Source: Octopus sinensis (taxonomy: Eukaryota). Taken from it: 64,000 nt of DNA. The notes beneath the pieces are model-generated. The model saw nothing but the letters and a program-made list of their open reading frames with translations. It did not search any database and had not been told where the DNA came from. The translations under genes and the position numbers were made by a program. Numbering within the stretch: the stretch's first letter is position 1; each line of letters begins with the position of its first letter. Below, in pieces: positions 1-11,922 of this stretch. The DNA lies in NCBI RefSeq assembly GCF_006345805.1, contig NC_042999.1, positions 105,090,001-105,154,000 on the forward strand, written 5' to 3'.

Positions 1-344
1 TAACAATGAATGTAAAAAAATAAAATGAGGAATGGCGAACGTGTTATAAATTGATTTTTCGCTCATTATTCAAAATTTCAAGTAGGCTACGGAGTCTGAA
101 GATGCATAATTTAAGGACTTCAGACTGCAATACATTTGGTGCTATGGGATTTAGCAATAAACAATATATGTTTGGAAACATATATCGAAGATCTGTGTAA
201 AAAGTACCTTTTTCTCTCCACCTTAACGTTCTATTTTGTATGTACAGTTAAGTTTACGTGCCTGATTTTTTCATCTGCTTGAATAAAATAGGGGCACGAA
301 CACTACGGATTGTAATTCGTGGTTTACTAATTTTCAATGGCTGA

Positions 345-696
345 GTAAGATACATGGCTCAGTGGTTAGAACATGGGTTTCACAGCCATGAAGTAGTCAG
401 TTCGATTCCCGGGGCAGGCTGTGTGTTGTATTCTTGAGCAAGACACTTCATTTCACGTTGCTCCAGTTCACTCAGCTGTAAGAATGAATTGCGACGTCAC
501 TGATACCAAGCAGTATCGGCCTTTGCTTTTCCTTTGGATTACATCAGTGGCATGGACAGGGGAGGCTGGTATGCATGGGCGAGTGTTGTTCTTCCATAAA
601 ACAACCTTGACCGAACTTGTACCTCGGCAGGCAAGTTTCTAGGTGCAGTCCCACGGTCAGTCATGACCGACCGAAGGGGTTCTATACCTTTTTTTA
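345..696 (+). mobile_element. tRNA-derived SINE
   Basis: Pol III A-box-like TGGCTCAGTGG (~355) and B-box GTTCGATTCCC (~400). The body (ttcttgagcaagacacttcatttcac..gctccagt) is shared with the copy at 17726-17968. Confidence 0.8.
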
Positions 697-1219
697 TGGA
701 GGAGTAAATATGTTTTACAGGTCTGGAAGACAATATAGTGAGACAAATACAATATATGAAACATGAGCAGCAGTTATGTATTGGCGTTGGTGGGGCATTA
801 AGCTAACTTCACCTCTTACACAAATTGTGTGCTGTATAATTCATGAGCCACATCAGCTAGCGGTACCATCTGGGGTGAATACACCTAAGTGGTATTAAAA
901 TGTTTATAGGGTCACTATGAGTGTAAAAACTGTGACAGCTCTTTCAGCTCCGTAGTTTTGTTATTCTTTTGGCAGATTTATGAAATTTCACCAATACTCG
1001 TACTGAAGTAATTCAAGACTACCACACATATGACATCGTTCACACATCTAGCAGAAATTAGAGTAGGTTTGGTACATTGTGATTAATGTATTTAATATCC
1101 CAATGCTTACAATTAATTTTCTCTATTTTGTAGGTAAAAACATTATTACAGTGATGTTCTGCAGTAGGCATGATGGATGTAAGGGAAAACTGAAATACTT
1201 GCTATTCAAAAAATGTAGG

Positions 1220-2432
1220 GCAGAATTGGACAGCTTAGTCCAGTCTATGCAGAATTTTTTCCAATGATATTAAGATGGAGTTTGGGCTCTCAAAATGTGC
1301 CACGATGTTGATGAGACCAAGAAAGTTTGTTAGAAACAGAAGACATAGGTTTGCCAACTGGTGAGAAGATGAAGGCAATTCAACCTCAATCCAGCTATAA
1401 ATACCTGGGAATACTTGAGGAAGATGGAAATAAATACAACGACACGAAGAAAAGACAAAAAGACAGTACCAGCGGCGAGTGAGAAAAATACTGGGTTCAA
1501 AGCTAAATGTTAGAGGCGTAATCTCGGCAATAAACTCGCGCGCAGTCGCAGCAATTCGGTATGACGCTGGAATCCTGAAGTGGACAGAGGAGTTAAAGGA
1601 AATGGACAGGAAGTCAAAGAAGCTTCTAACATTGCATGGAGTCCCTCATCCACGCGCAGACACAGATCGCCTTTACATAAAGAGAGCAACTGGAAGAAGA
1701 GGACTGATAAATGTGGAACACTGCGTACATATCGAACCCAAGAGCTTAATGAGAAACCTAGCCCAAAATGAGGAAACCTTGCTAGTGTCAGTTAAGAACA
1801 AGGGAGAATTGAAAGCAGAGAAAAAAGGAAAAACAAAGGAAGAAGTACAAAAAGGACATGAAGAAATACGCAAAAAGGGACCAAACTATGAATTCCATAT
1901 AGCCACAACAGAAAATGGGGGCTAAAGTGAGGCAAGACGTGGTATTAGCACAAACCGCAGAGAGTGGCGGAGTCGAAGACTAGCAAAATCCTCTGGGATA
2001 TCCCAATCCAAACAGATCAGGTGCTAGAGCAAAACAGACCAGACCTAGTTGTGGTGGAAAAGGTGTGCCATATATGCTATATAGTTGATGTCGCATGCTC
2101 CTTTGACTCCCGAATAGTCATGAAGGAAGGCGAAAAGATAGGTAAGTACAACCGTCTTAAGCACGAAATAACCCGGCTATGGGAAATAAAGAAGGTGAAG
2201 ATAGTGTCAATTAATGTTGAGTCCTTTGGGACAGTATCAGAAGTCATCAAGAGGAATATAAAGGAAATTGGAATGAAGTGTCCAGTAGAACCTTTACAAA
2301 AGGTTTTCCTCCTTGGCACGGCCAGAATAATCAGGAAAGTAATAGTTAGCTAAAAAGCACGGATAGCAAACCCGCTACGCATGCGAAACTCCAAAGCATG
2401 CTATAGAAATAAATAATAATAATAATAATAAT
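1220..2432 (+). mobile_element. R4/Dong-type non-LTR retrotransposon, 5'-truncated and decayed (RT C-terminus, thumb, restriction-like endonuclease)
   Basis: Translates to DIKMEFGLSKC..YKYLGILE, AINSRAVAAIRY..HPRADTDRLYIKRATGRRGL and ILWDIPIQTDQVLEQNRPDLVVV..IVDVAC..EKIGKY (PD..D-type nuclease). Contains frameshifts and an internal deletion. Ends in a (TAA)n tail at ~2408-2432. Confidence 0.9.
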
Positions 2433-3003
2433 ATCAACAGGAAAATACCTCTTCAAATACGTGTTATTGTATTAAAATATAAATGATATATTAGATAATG
2501 CAGAGTGAGTGGTAGAACTGAAAACACGAGATGATTACAGCTAGAAAGACTTTGACTACAGCCATTCTCGAATTGAGTTGATATACTTTCTAATGCCGAA
2601 CGAAATGGATGAACAGATGTAGATGCAATTGACTGTTGATTGAAAACCTGACACCCCTATTTGTTTTGACTAGCTACACTTATAATGACGTATTATTATT
2701 TAGGCATAACAGTCATTTCTATTGAATTTATTAACAGATCCACTAAAATCTCAATTAGAATGACTTGCGCTAGATATTCTGGCTCTCTCCGTTTGCTCTA
2801 TACTCAAATCCTGAAGTGGTCAACTTTACAATTAATTCATATTTCTGCAATAAAATAATATCGACCTGTCAAGTACTAGAATTTTCTAATACTTATACAC
2901 AACCAACAATATTGTGGAAGGAACAATGTAATAAACGCAGTCATTCATATCGCCACTTTCTCCAGAAACGGACAAGAGTTGAATGAAGTGATAACTTTTC
3001 CTA

Positions 3004-3070
3004 CACAACAACAACAACAATAGTAATAATAATAATGATGATGATGATGATGATAATGATGATGATGATG

Positions 3071-3123
<53 letters not shown>
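3004..3123. repeat. compound (CAA)/(GAT)/(AAT)n microsatellite
   Basis: Directly visible. Confidence 0.95.
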
Positions 3124-3124
<1 letters not shown>

Positions 3125-3859
3125 GAATAAATATCTCGTTCGCTATCGAAACCGTCAAAGACGGTCTGAGGATTGATTTACACTACAGGACGGGGAGGAA
3201 ATGAAAAAAAACAAGAACATTGAACACAGGAAAGGATATTTTTTTTTCAAAATGTTTTTAATATAAGAATGTGCACAAACTTTCAGTATTATGTCCTTCT
3301 GTCGCATTCTGCCAGTTTCAAGTATATCTTAATTTATTCTTAGAGTGATAAAAAAAAATATTGTCAGTCTGAATTGGAACCTTGAATATTAACCCACCTG
3401 TCAAGTGATTTACTATCGCTACACACAAGTACTCTTTGTCGTATATGCATAATACATGTCATGTCAGAAGTTTCAATGATAAACTATTTGACATTGAAAC
3501 GGAGCATCTAAATCATGCAGACCCAGAATTATATGACACATGATTTGAAACGTACCAAACTTTGTTACCCTCAGACACCGCAGGGAATTGTAAAAGATTC
3601 AGAAATTCTATATCTTAAAATTTATCTTAATGAATCTAGACAGTGAATTTCGCAGTGGATATAATAAAATGAAAACGTGACTGAATGGAGCTAAATCAAA
3701 AACAGAAATAAAACAAAGGGAAGCAAATCAGAATATACACCAAGGATAGTAAAAAAGCGGACAGAAATTGTGAGTGGTAAAATAAGAAAAAAAAAAATTA
3801 CACAATATGTCATTCATATAGGTTAAAATAATCTCCCTCTCTCTATGTATGTATGTATG

Positions 3860-3917
<58 letters not shown>

Positions 3918-4317
3918 TATATATACACATATATATATATAACTACACACACATGTATGTATTTATGTATGTATGTATGTACGTACAGGTATGTGTATTT
4001 GTATATTTGAGTGTATGTGTTTGTATCTGCCTGTACACATGTCGGTGTGTGAGCGCGTGTGTGTATTCATTATTCATCTCCAGTTTAACCATCATTGAAA
4101 TATTCATGCTGCATTCTGCTGCCAGTCCTACTATCTTTATTTTCATGTCTGCTTCTTGCAAATCAAAGGAAGATTAACTTAAAACGGTTGAAGGAAAAAA
4201 ATATATATGCAGTTGCCAAAGTTTCATATTTGATTGATTTTAATACAGAGTTTACTTGACATACAAATAGACTTTTCGCTGCTGTTGTTCCTGTGAGAAT
4301 ATTTTGCAGCTGTTTTT

Positions 4318-4351
<34 letters not shown>

Positions 4352-7194
4352 CTGTGTGTAAATACATATATGTATATATAGATACATAAATATATATGCA
4401 CATAAATACATGGGTATATGTATATTTGTGTTTGTACATATACATATATATATATATATATATATTCTTTCATTTATCTGCGTAAACAAATCATAATATT
4501 TATTGGCGGCTGAAATGGTTTATAAGATTACTGTTTCAACACTGAAGAAAGTGCAGTTAGCATATATTTGTCTATGTAAATATGTCTGGTCTGGGTATGT
4601 GAGTTTATGTGTTTTGTATGTATGTGAATTAGATTTATATCATGTACAGTGTCGGGAAATGAAAAATAAAATGCTGTAATATTTGTAGATGAATGTGATG
4701 AATAATATTTATTGTATACTTAACGGGAATCTGAAAGAAAAAATAAATCTAGGTTCAAATGACCCCCAAAATACAATAAAATGCAATACAAACATAAAAG
4801 ATGAGAAAGTGACAGATAAGATAAAGATACAAGGTCGAAATAGCGACATTAGTAGCTAATGTTTGGGGAGAAGCATTCTGGTAAAAATAGCAATTAAAGA
4901 AGAATGTCTCAGAGAAAACCTATATTGTGAAAAGATAAACGTAATCTTAAATTTTACAAATTCATAGATAAACAATTTTTATTAAATTGCTTTTCACTTG
5001 ATTGTTAGGAGAGAGTCCGCGGACTTATGCGAGCTAAATAAATCCCGTGGAACAGGGCTTCACCGTATTTCAATAGATGTTTTATAATTGCAGTTAATGG
5101 ATGTACAGATTTAAAAGCATGTGAGGAAAAGAGATATCTTAAAACCACCAGATTTTAGAAGATGTACAACAAAAGGACTTCGAAAATCAAATGTATATGA
5201 CATTATTCAGACACCATCATATGCAATGCATTCCATTATGCCAGTGTATGGTACCACAGCGAGAGGCGAAATTCCACTAGGACATGTATTATCAGTGATA
5301 AAATAATAACCTACAAAAATCTAAAATAAAACCTACATGCAACATAATATTACATATGTTTATTTTACTATATTCACTGGGCCGGCCAACATCTTGAATA
5401 TCGAGGCAGGAAACCAATTACGGCATTTTTTATGTAAGTTAAACAATAGCTCTTGAATTTTTAAAATCATTCCCGTGCCAGTCATATTCCAGTGATACAA
5501 ATGAAAATGTAAAATATAAATGTAAATTTTGGCAAAGAAAAAAAGAAATAGGAAGTAATAACCTGCAAAAGACGAATGAGATAGTCTGAAGGTGGTTTTT
5601 CAGGTAAATTATATGGTGAATTATTTCCTACAGCGGCCTCTCATATGAAATTATGGAAAATAAACTACATGAAATAGAATAACCAGTAAAGTGGACTTCA
5701 TGCGGTGTCATCTTAAATATTTTGAAAACGCAAAAAAGAGAAATGTCTTCGTTGTCAGCGGAATAAGAAAATACAACATCAAAGCTTCTGAGACGTAAAT
5801 GGAAGTAGCTATATTAAAAACATCAGGTGCATACTCTAAACAATTATTCACTTGAGCAGGATTACGTTATTCACTCATTCGCGAAATATAAAAATATATA
5901 TATATATAGATACATATATGCAAAGTTATGTACGTGTGTGTGTACATCAACAAACACATATATGTGTGTATGTATGTTTATGTATATACGTATGTGTGTA
6001 TGTATGTGTGTGTATGTGAATGTTTGTATGAATGTATATTTGTATCCATCTATCTATCTATCTATCTGTGTATCTATCTATCTATGTCTCTCTCTCTCTC
6101 TGTCTCTATTCCTCTCTCTATCTATAAATAATTTGTCAGTGCATGCATGCATTTCGGACAGCATAATTAATTGAACAATTTTATTGAACCTTTATCAACA
6201 TATATTCTCTCATTTAACGGCGGTGCATCAGCATGTCCGAAGCTCTGCGCTGAAACTACAGAAAAAAATATATAAGAGTATCTGCATTGAAAAACAAGAA
6301 ATATATTGGTAAAGTTTGCAGTTTTAACTAGTCTACAATTCCTAAAATTTATCAACATATATAAGAGACTCGGTAGGGGAAAACAACATATTTGTGTGTG
6401 TGTGAGTAATGTTTCCAGTTTTAATCTAGTACACAATGCCTAAAAAGCCTGAATGATATAAAAAAGCATATTTTTATGAAACGCCAACACACATACTAAT
6501 CATCCAAGCGAAAGGCAATTTAGGTGCAGAGAATAAAAATTCTTAAAATCTATCAAAGTCAACATGAGACGAGAGATGTGACTAAAACTATATTACATTG
6601 CATTATCTACTGGTTAACTCCGTAAATATCAGGAAGCCTTAAAATTTCTCATATCGTCATTAAAGAATTCTACTAATCTTTCACAAAATCTCAACACTTT
6701 GAAAGATGATGCTCCTCCATTAGTGAACAGAAAAAATTGTAACAATACACATATAACAATTCTGCTTCTTTTTAAATACCTATCTGTGAATAAATACCGA
6801 TAATATAGAGTAAGAGACGAGTGCTTTGAGTAGGCCCAGCCACTCGAGGTGTGAAGCCGGCTAGATTAGAACCCAAAAGCTTAGTTCCCTAAGCACCAGT
6901 AATAGCATGGGGAACGGCAGTATTTCTATGTATATTAAGAAGTGAGCCGTTCTCAATCTGCACAGCTTATAATACCTTGAGACCAAAGCTTACCTCTAAT
7001 TATATATATATATATATAATAATAAATATTAGGGAATAAATCCAAATTTACAGGGAAAAAATCAGATTTAGGATTAAATCGATTTTATAGTAAAATATTA
7101 TAAAATATTATTCGAGACAAAACCACTATTTTGCAAAACAAACAAGGAAAGACTTAATCAATACATAAATTTTAATAAATAGTCAAAAAAACCG

Positions 7195-7237
7195 CCACTA
7201 CAATCGTTTCTTGTCTTGATCGACAATCTTCAGGTGG
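7195..7237 (-). ncRNA. minimal type I hammerhead ribozyme (family C, inverted copy)
   Basis: Exact reverse complement of 7452-7494. Confidence 0.85.
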
Positions 7238-7261
7238 ACTTCCAATAATTCAGTGTCAAAT

Positions 7262-7586
7262 TATATATGTGTGTGTGTATACATCTGCATATATATATAT
7301 ACATACACAAATACATATATACATACTATACATATATACATACATATGTTGGTGTATTTGTGCGCATATTTATATATATAATTATAGTTACGAACTATAA
7401 TTGTCTCTCTTGGAGCACAACTTCATAATTTGACACTGAATTATTGGAAGTCCACCTGAAGATTGTCGATCAAGACAAGAAACGATTGTAGTGGCGGTTT
7501 TTTTGACTATTTATTAAAATTTATGTATTGATTAAGTCTTTCCTTGTTTGTTTTGCAAAATAGTGGTTTTGTCTCGAATAATATTT

Positions 7587-7633
<47 letters not shown>

Positions 7634-7794
7634 ATATATGTGTGTGTGTATACATCTGCATATATATATATACATACACAAATACATATATACATACTAT
7701 ACATATATACATACATATGTTGGTGTATTTGTGCGCATATTTATATATATAATTATAGTTACGAACTATAATTGTCTCTCTTGGAGCACAACTT
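7262..7794 (+). repeat. 162-bp direct duplication (7262-7423 = 7633-7794)
   Basis: Identical by eye, including the non-repetitive end ttatagttacgaactataattgtctctcttggagcacaactt. Confidence 0.92.
7452..7494 (+). ncRNA. minimal type I hammerhead ribozyme (family C)
   Basis: ccac-CTGAAGA-ttgtc(gatcaa)gacaa-GAAA-cgattg-TA-gtgg: intact core, stems I and II, short near-palindromic stem III. Confidence 0.88.
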
Positions 7795-8867
7795 AATAGG
7801 AAAAAGTACATTGTAGCGTGAAATCTCGTACAGCACACACACACAGACACGCTAACCCCCCTCCCATACACACCAATAATAACAGGGAAACAAATAGCAA
7901 TGAACTTAATATGTTCAAATATGATGCTATCAAGGCATATTTTTTCAGAACAAAACACAGCACGAAACAAGCCTTATCTGAAAGATTCATTACACCATCA
8001 AAATGGAAAAAAAAAATATTCTCTCGATCACTATTATTGATTTATCAAATATCTTCAACTTAAATCGATTCACCTCATTAATCTATGGCAGTAGCTAAAT
8101 ATCGAAATATGTAAAGCTACTCATTAACCTAGGTTGCCCGGCACACATAGGTTTCTCATCGTATCTTATTTACTGGGGAAGATTATACAAAAATATGACT
8201 CCATAATCAATAGACCTAATGTTAACAGATATAGCAATGACCGAAATCGTCTTTATTTTATAGCCAGAAATCTACGTCGTAACAACATTCTCTATAGAAA
8301 GAACTTAAATCAACAACAATTCACAATGAAGCCATTTAAAATCGAATTACATGATGAGCGTAATAATATTAACACTTAGATAAATTATCACACCTGTTAG
8401 CTTATCTCTAGTAGAAACAAAATTTTTTGACTTCATCACCGAGTTATTTACACATACACGGAGGCGTCTTTGATAGAAAAGTTTATTTCAGTATCAATAT
8501 TATTATATTCTAGTTCTCAGTCGTCACTTAATGTTGTCTTTATGTTAGTGTTTGTGATTGGATTTCTCTACATAAAGTTCTGTGTTTTTTTCTTTTTTTC
8601 TTTTTTAAACGTCTAATGATCACAGTTCAACAGACATGAATGTGTGTCTCGCTCTTCATCGTATTGTTTTATCTGGGACTTTATTCAGTTGGCGGGCCAG
8701 TGTATATATACATACAGGAGTGGTTGTGTGGTAAGAAGACTGTCCCTGGTTCAATCCCATTGCGTGGAACTTTGGGCAAGTGTCTTCCACTATAGATTCG
8801 TGTCGACCAAAGCCTTGGTCGTATCTCTCTCTCTCTCTCTCTCTCTCTAGCTATCTATTTATATCTA

Positions 8868-8944
<77 letters not shown>

Positions 8945-9085
8945 CTATCTATCTATCTATCTATCTATCAATCTATCTATCTATCTATCTATCTATCTGT
9001 ATGTATGTATGTATGTATGTATGTATGTATGTATGTATGTATGTATCTATCTATCTATCTATATATATATATATATATATATATA

Positions 9086-9394
9086 CACCCTCACCCACAT
9101 GATTGACCGATGCCTGACCCGTTGAATTCTTCAGCCACCGGTTCTCAACATACACTGATAAACAGTTTCGCCATGGGCTCTTAGGAGCACAGTTCGATTT
9201 GTTTTTTGCTCCGCCTCTGTTCTGTTTTTGTTTTTCCAACGGATTTCCTTTTTTCTTCCTGAAGAGAAAGACACAATATGGTCCCATTATTCAATCGGAT
9301 TTTGGTAATTTGTGCCTTTCGAAACACGTGTAGAATGAAATAAAACGATTTCTGTTCAATCTGCGTTCAGCTCCATTTCTTCAATTCACCAATA

Positions 9395-9397
<3 letters not shown>
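9086..9397 (+). mobile_element. HHR-bearing short element, family B, inserted in (TA)n
   Basis: Flanked by (TA)n on both sides and homologous to 27140-27329. Confidence 0.8.
9252..9340 (+). ncRNA. hammerhead ribozyme with extended stem II (family B)
   Basis: ttc-CTGAAGA-gaaagacacaa...ttgtgcctttc-GAAA-cacgtg-TA-gaa; palindromic stem III CACGTG. Confidence 0.85.
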
Positions 9398-9489
<92 letters not shown>

Positions 9490-9940
9490 CATACATATTA
9501 ATATATATGTATATATATATATCATTGTGTGTCTCTGTTGATCACCTCAAGATTGCTTGACAACTGAAGTTGGTGAGCTTTCGTTCCCGTAACTTAACGT
9601 TTCGGCAAAATAGCCCGATACAATAAGTATTACGCTTACAAAGAATAACTTCTGTGTTTGATTGCTTTGACTGAAGGTGGTGCTCCTGCATGGCCGTAGT
9701 CAAAGGCCTATGAACACACACACACACATATATATATATATAGGCATATTTAAATATATATATTCATGTATATATGTATGTATAGATGCAGACACAGATG
9801 TATATATATGTATATATCTGTACACACACATATATACATGCGTATATATGTATTTATATATAAACATACATACATATATACATACATCTATACACATGTT
9901 ATATACATGTTATATATATATACATATGTGCATATGTATG

Positions 9941-9973
<33 letters not shown>

Positions 9974-9977
<4 letters not shown>

Positions 9978-10031
9978 GGAGAGTTCACGGAAAAAACAAA
10001 AGACGAAGACAGGGATTGTAGAAAACAAACA

Positions 10032-10038
<7 letters not shown>
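9974..10038 (-). mobile_element. 3' tip of a family E element between (TA)n tracts
   Basis: Reverse complement resembles 13705-13773 (cttcgtcttttgtt..) and 37725-37763. Confidence 0.6.
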
Positions 10039-10082
<44 letters not shown>

Positions 10083-10095
10083 ATATGTATATATA

Positions 10096-10154
<59 letters not shown>

Positions 10155-10295
10155 CAATTAAGATTCAAGTAACTTCCAATGAATTTACTTGAATGTGGTA
10201 CTTAACTTAGATGCACCAGAAAAACTATATGGTGTTATCCATACAGTAATGTGGGGTGATTATAAACGAGAAAGAAGCAACAAGAATGGATTGGT

Positions 10296-10386
10296 TTTTA
10301 GTACAATTGTTTCATACAAAGACAGGCTTTATTACAAGTTGCAAAAATTGCAGCAGATAAAAGTGTCCCGTACTCGTCAGCTAAAA
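10296..10386 (-). ncRNA. hammerhead ribozyme (family D, inverted copy)
   Basis: Reverse complement reads ttttag-CTGACGA-gtac...gtat-GAAA-caattg-TA-ctaaaa. The core differs from the + copy only at the variable N7 position. Confidence 0.83.
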
Positions 10387-10944
10387 TACATTTGAGTTCT
10401 CTAGACATCTTAGTGGGTGAGATTATACTCATAAAATATTGGAGATAGTTCCATTAGAGGCAGATATAGGTTGTAAACAGTTTTCCAAAGTTCCTTAATG
10501 ATGATGCACAGTCTTATCACAGATTTTTAAAAAACTTATTAGTTTCGAAGAGAAGATGAATCAATCCATAGTGTAGAGCTGGCAAAAAAAAAAATTTTTC
10601 TTTCCTCATAGTTCCTGAATTCTTAAAGATTCTTAAAGATTCAAGCTAACTAAGCTATCTACAAATTCTTCTGTATTTGGTCACTTAAAAGACCCCCTCC
10701 CGCTAAGTTGTCGCAGTATACTCTATATAGGCGCCTTTTCTTTTCTCCCCATTCCACTTTTTCTTTTCTTCTTTTTTTCTTTTCCTTTTTCTTTTTTCTT
10801 TTTCTTTTTCTTTTTCTTTCTTTTCCTTATTTCTTCTTCTTCTCCTTTTTCTTTTTCTTTTTTCCTTGTCTCTTTCCTTTTTCTTTTATCTTATTTTATT
10901 TTCTTTGCCCCACAGTTAGAATTTCTTATTCAACCCTCCCAAAT

Positions 10945-11922
10945 ATGTCCACTTTAATAGCTAAGATTAATAATAACAACATTAAACTAGCCAGGAAAGA
11001 TGAAAATAAAAATAATAATAACAACATGAATACCAATAACAATTATAACAATACTAACAACAATAAACGCAACAATAGTAACAATCAAAACACGGATGGA
11101 ATCAGTAACCACAAAACGACTAATAATAATATTAGCAGTAATAAGAGTAGTAATAATACCGATACTAATAGAAGTAAAAATGTTAATAATAGAAGTAAGG
11201 CTAATAAAGAAAACGCGGAGAAGGAAAATATCAATGATATCTATAGTAACAATATACAGTTTGATAATAATACTAACAATAATAGTAACATTACTAATAA
11301 TATAAATAATCATGGTAGGACTTTAGACCTAAAAGATGGAGCAATAGGATCAATAAATAATAACAATGCTTTAGATAACAGCACCAACTATAAAAATAAT
11401 AATAATAATAAGGATAATTATACTCATGATAATCATAATAATAAGAATATAAGACATCTACCCATGAATAATCCAACTTCTGAAGTTGTTCCTCCTGCGT
11501 GTAAGTGTAGAATTAAGTCAAGATGCCCGGCACCCGGTCTTTGCGGGGAAAATAACGTAATCTATAAATGTACCATATCTACTGAGAATAACAATTTTTT
11601 TTACATTGGGTGCACAATAAATTTTTATAAAAGGGTTAGAAACCACATCTCATCTTTTGGATTACGCCATAAAGCTGGTACCACCACACTTTCAAGTAAA
11701 ATCTGGGAACTCAAAAATAATAACAAGAATTATAATCTTAATTGGGAAATAGTTAGGAGAGCAATACCGTATAAAAATAGCAGGGTTGGTTGCCAACTCT
11801 GCTCAATGGAGACCTATGAAATTCTAAGGCATAGAAAAAATAGAAACTTGTTAAATAACCATATTGAAGTAGGACAAGTTTGTGTCCACGCTAAATTGAA
11901 GACCCTAAAATATTTTAAGTGA
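10945..11922 (+). CDS. PLE GIY-YIG endonuclease ORF with long Asn-rich linker (325 aa from first ATG); RT absent
   Basis: CKCR..CPAPGLC..NVIYKC..YIGCTINFYKRVRNHISSF..TTLSSKIWELK..W..CQLC..E..LLN..C.H matches the Cys-rich PLE (Naiad-like) endonuclease pattern. TVRISYSTLPNM matches the end of the PLE RT thumb. Frame is open throughout. Confidence 0.8.
   Translation: MSTLIAKINNNNIKLARKDENKNNNNNMNTNNNYNNTNNNKRNNSNNQNTDGISNHKTTNNNISSNKSSNNTDTNRSKNVNNRSKANKENAEKENINDIYSNNIQFDNNTNNNSNITNNINNHGRTLDLKDGAIGSINNNNALDNSTNYKNNNNNKDNYTHDNHNNKNIRHLPMNNPTSEVVPPACKCRIKSRCPAPGLCGENNVIYKCTISTENNNFFYIGCTINFYKRVRNHISSFGLRHKAGTTTLSSKIWELKNNNKNYNLNWEIVRRAIPYKNSRVGCQLCSMETYEILRHRKNRNLLNNHIEVGQVCVHAKLKTLKYFK

Larger units (their letters stand above)
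7017..7588. mobile_element. PLE pseudo-LTR/retrozyme-like element, family C, head-to-head inverted pair
   Basis: 7101-7264 is the reverse complement of 7425-7588. Each arm has an HHR and both outer ends abut (TA)n. Confidence 0.85.
8716..9712 (+). mobile_element. tRNA-derived SINE with internal microsatellite, split by the family B insertion
   Basis: Head at 8716-8820 (ggagtggttgtgtggtaagaag..ggttcaatccc..gggcaagtgtcttc) and tail at 9525-9712 match the copies at 31880-32255 and 53508-54028. Confidence 0.75.

Noticed and set aside
345-420. tRNA gene
   Set aside because: It has A and B boxes but no complete cloverleaf, and continues into a SINE body repeated elsewhere in the window.
10708-10944. 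Phe-rich N-terminal extension of the 404-aa ORF call (and the similar ORF at 12729-12950)
   Set aside because: TTG-initiated translation of the polypyrimidine direct repeat, not a credible protein segment.
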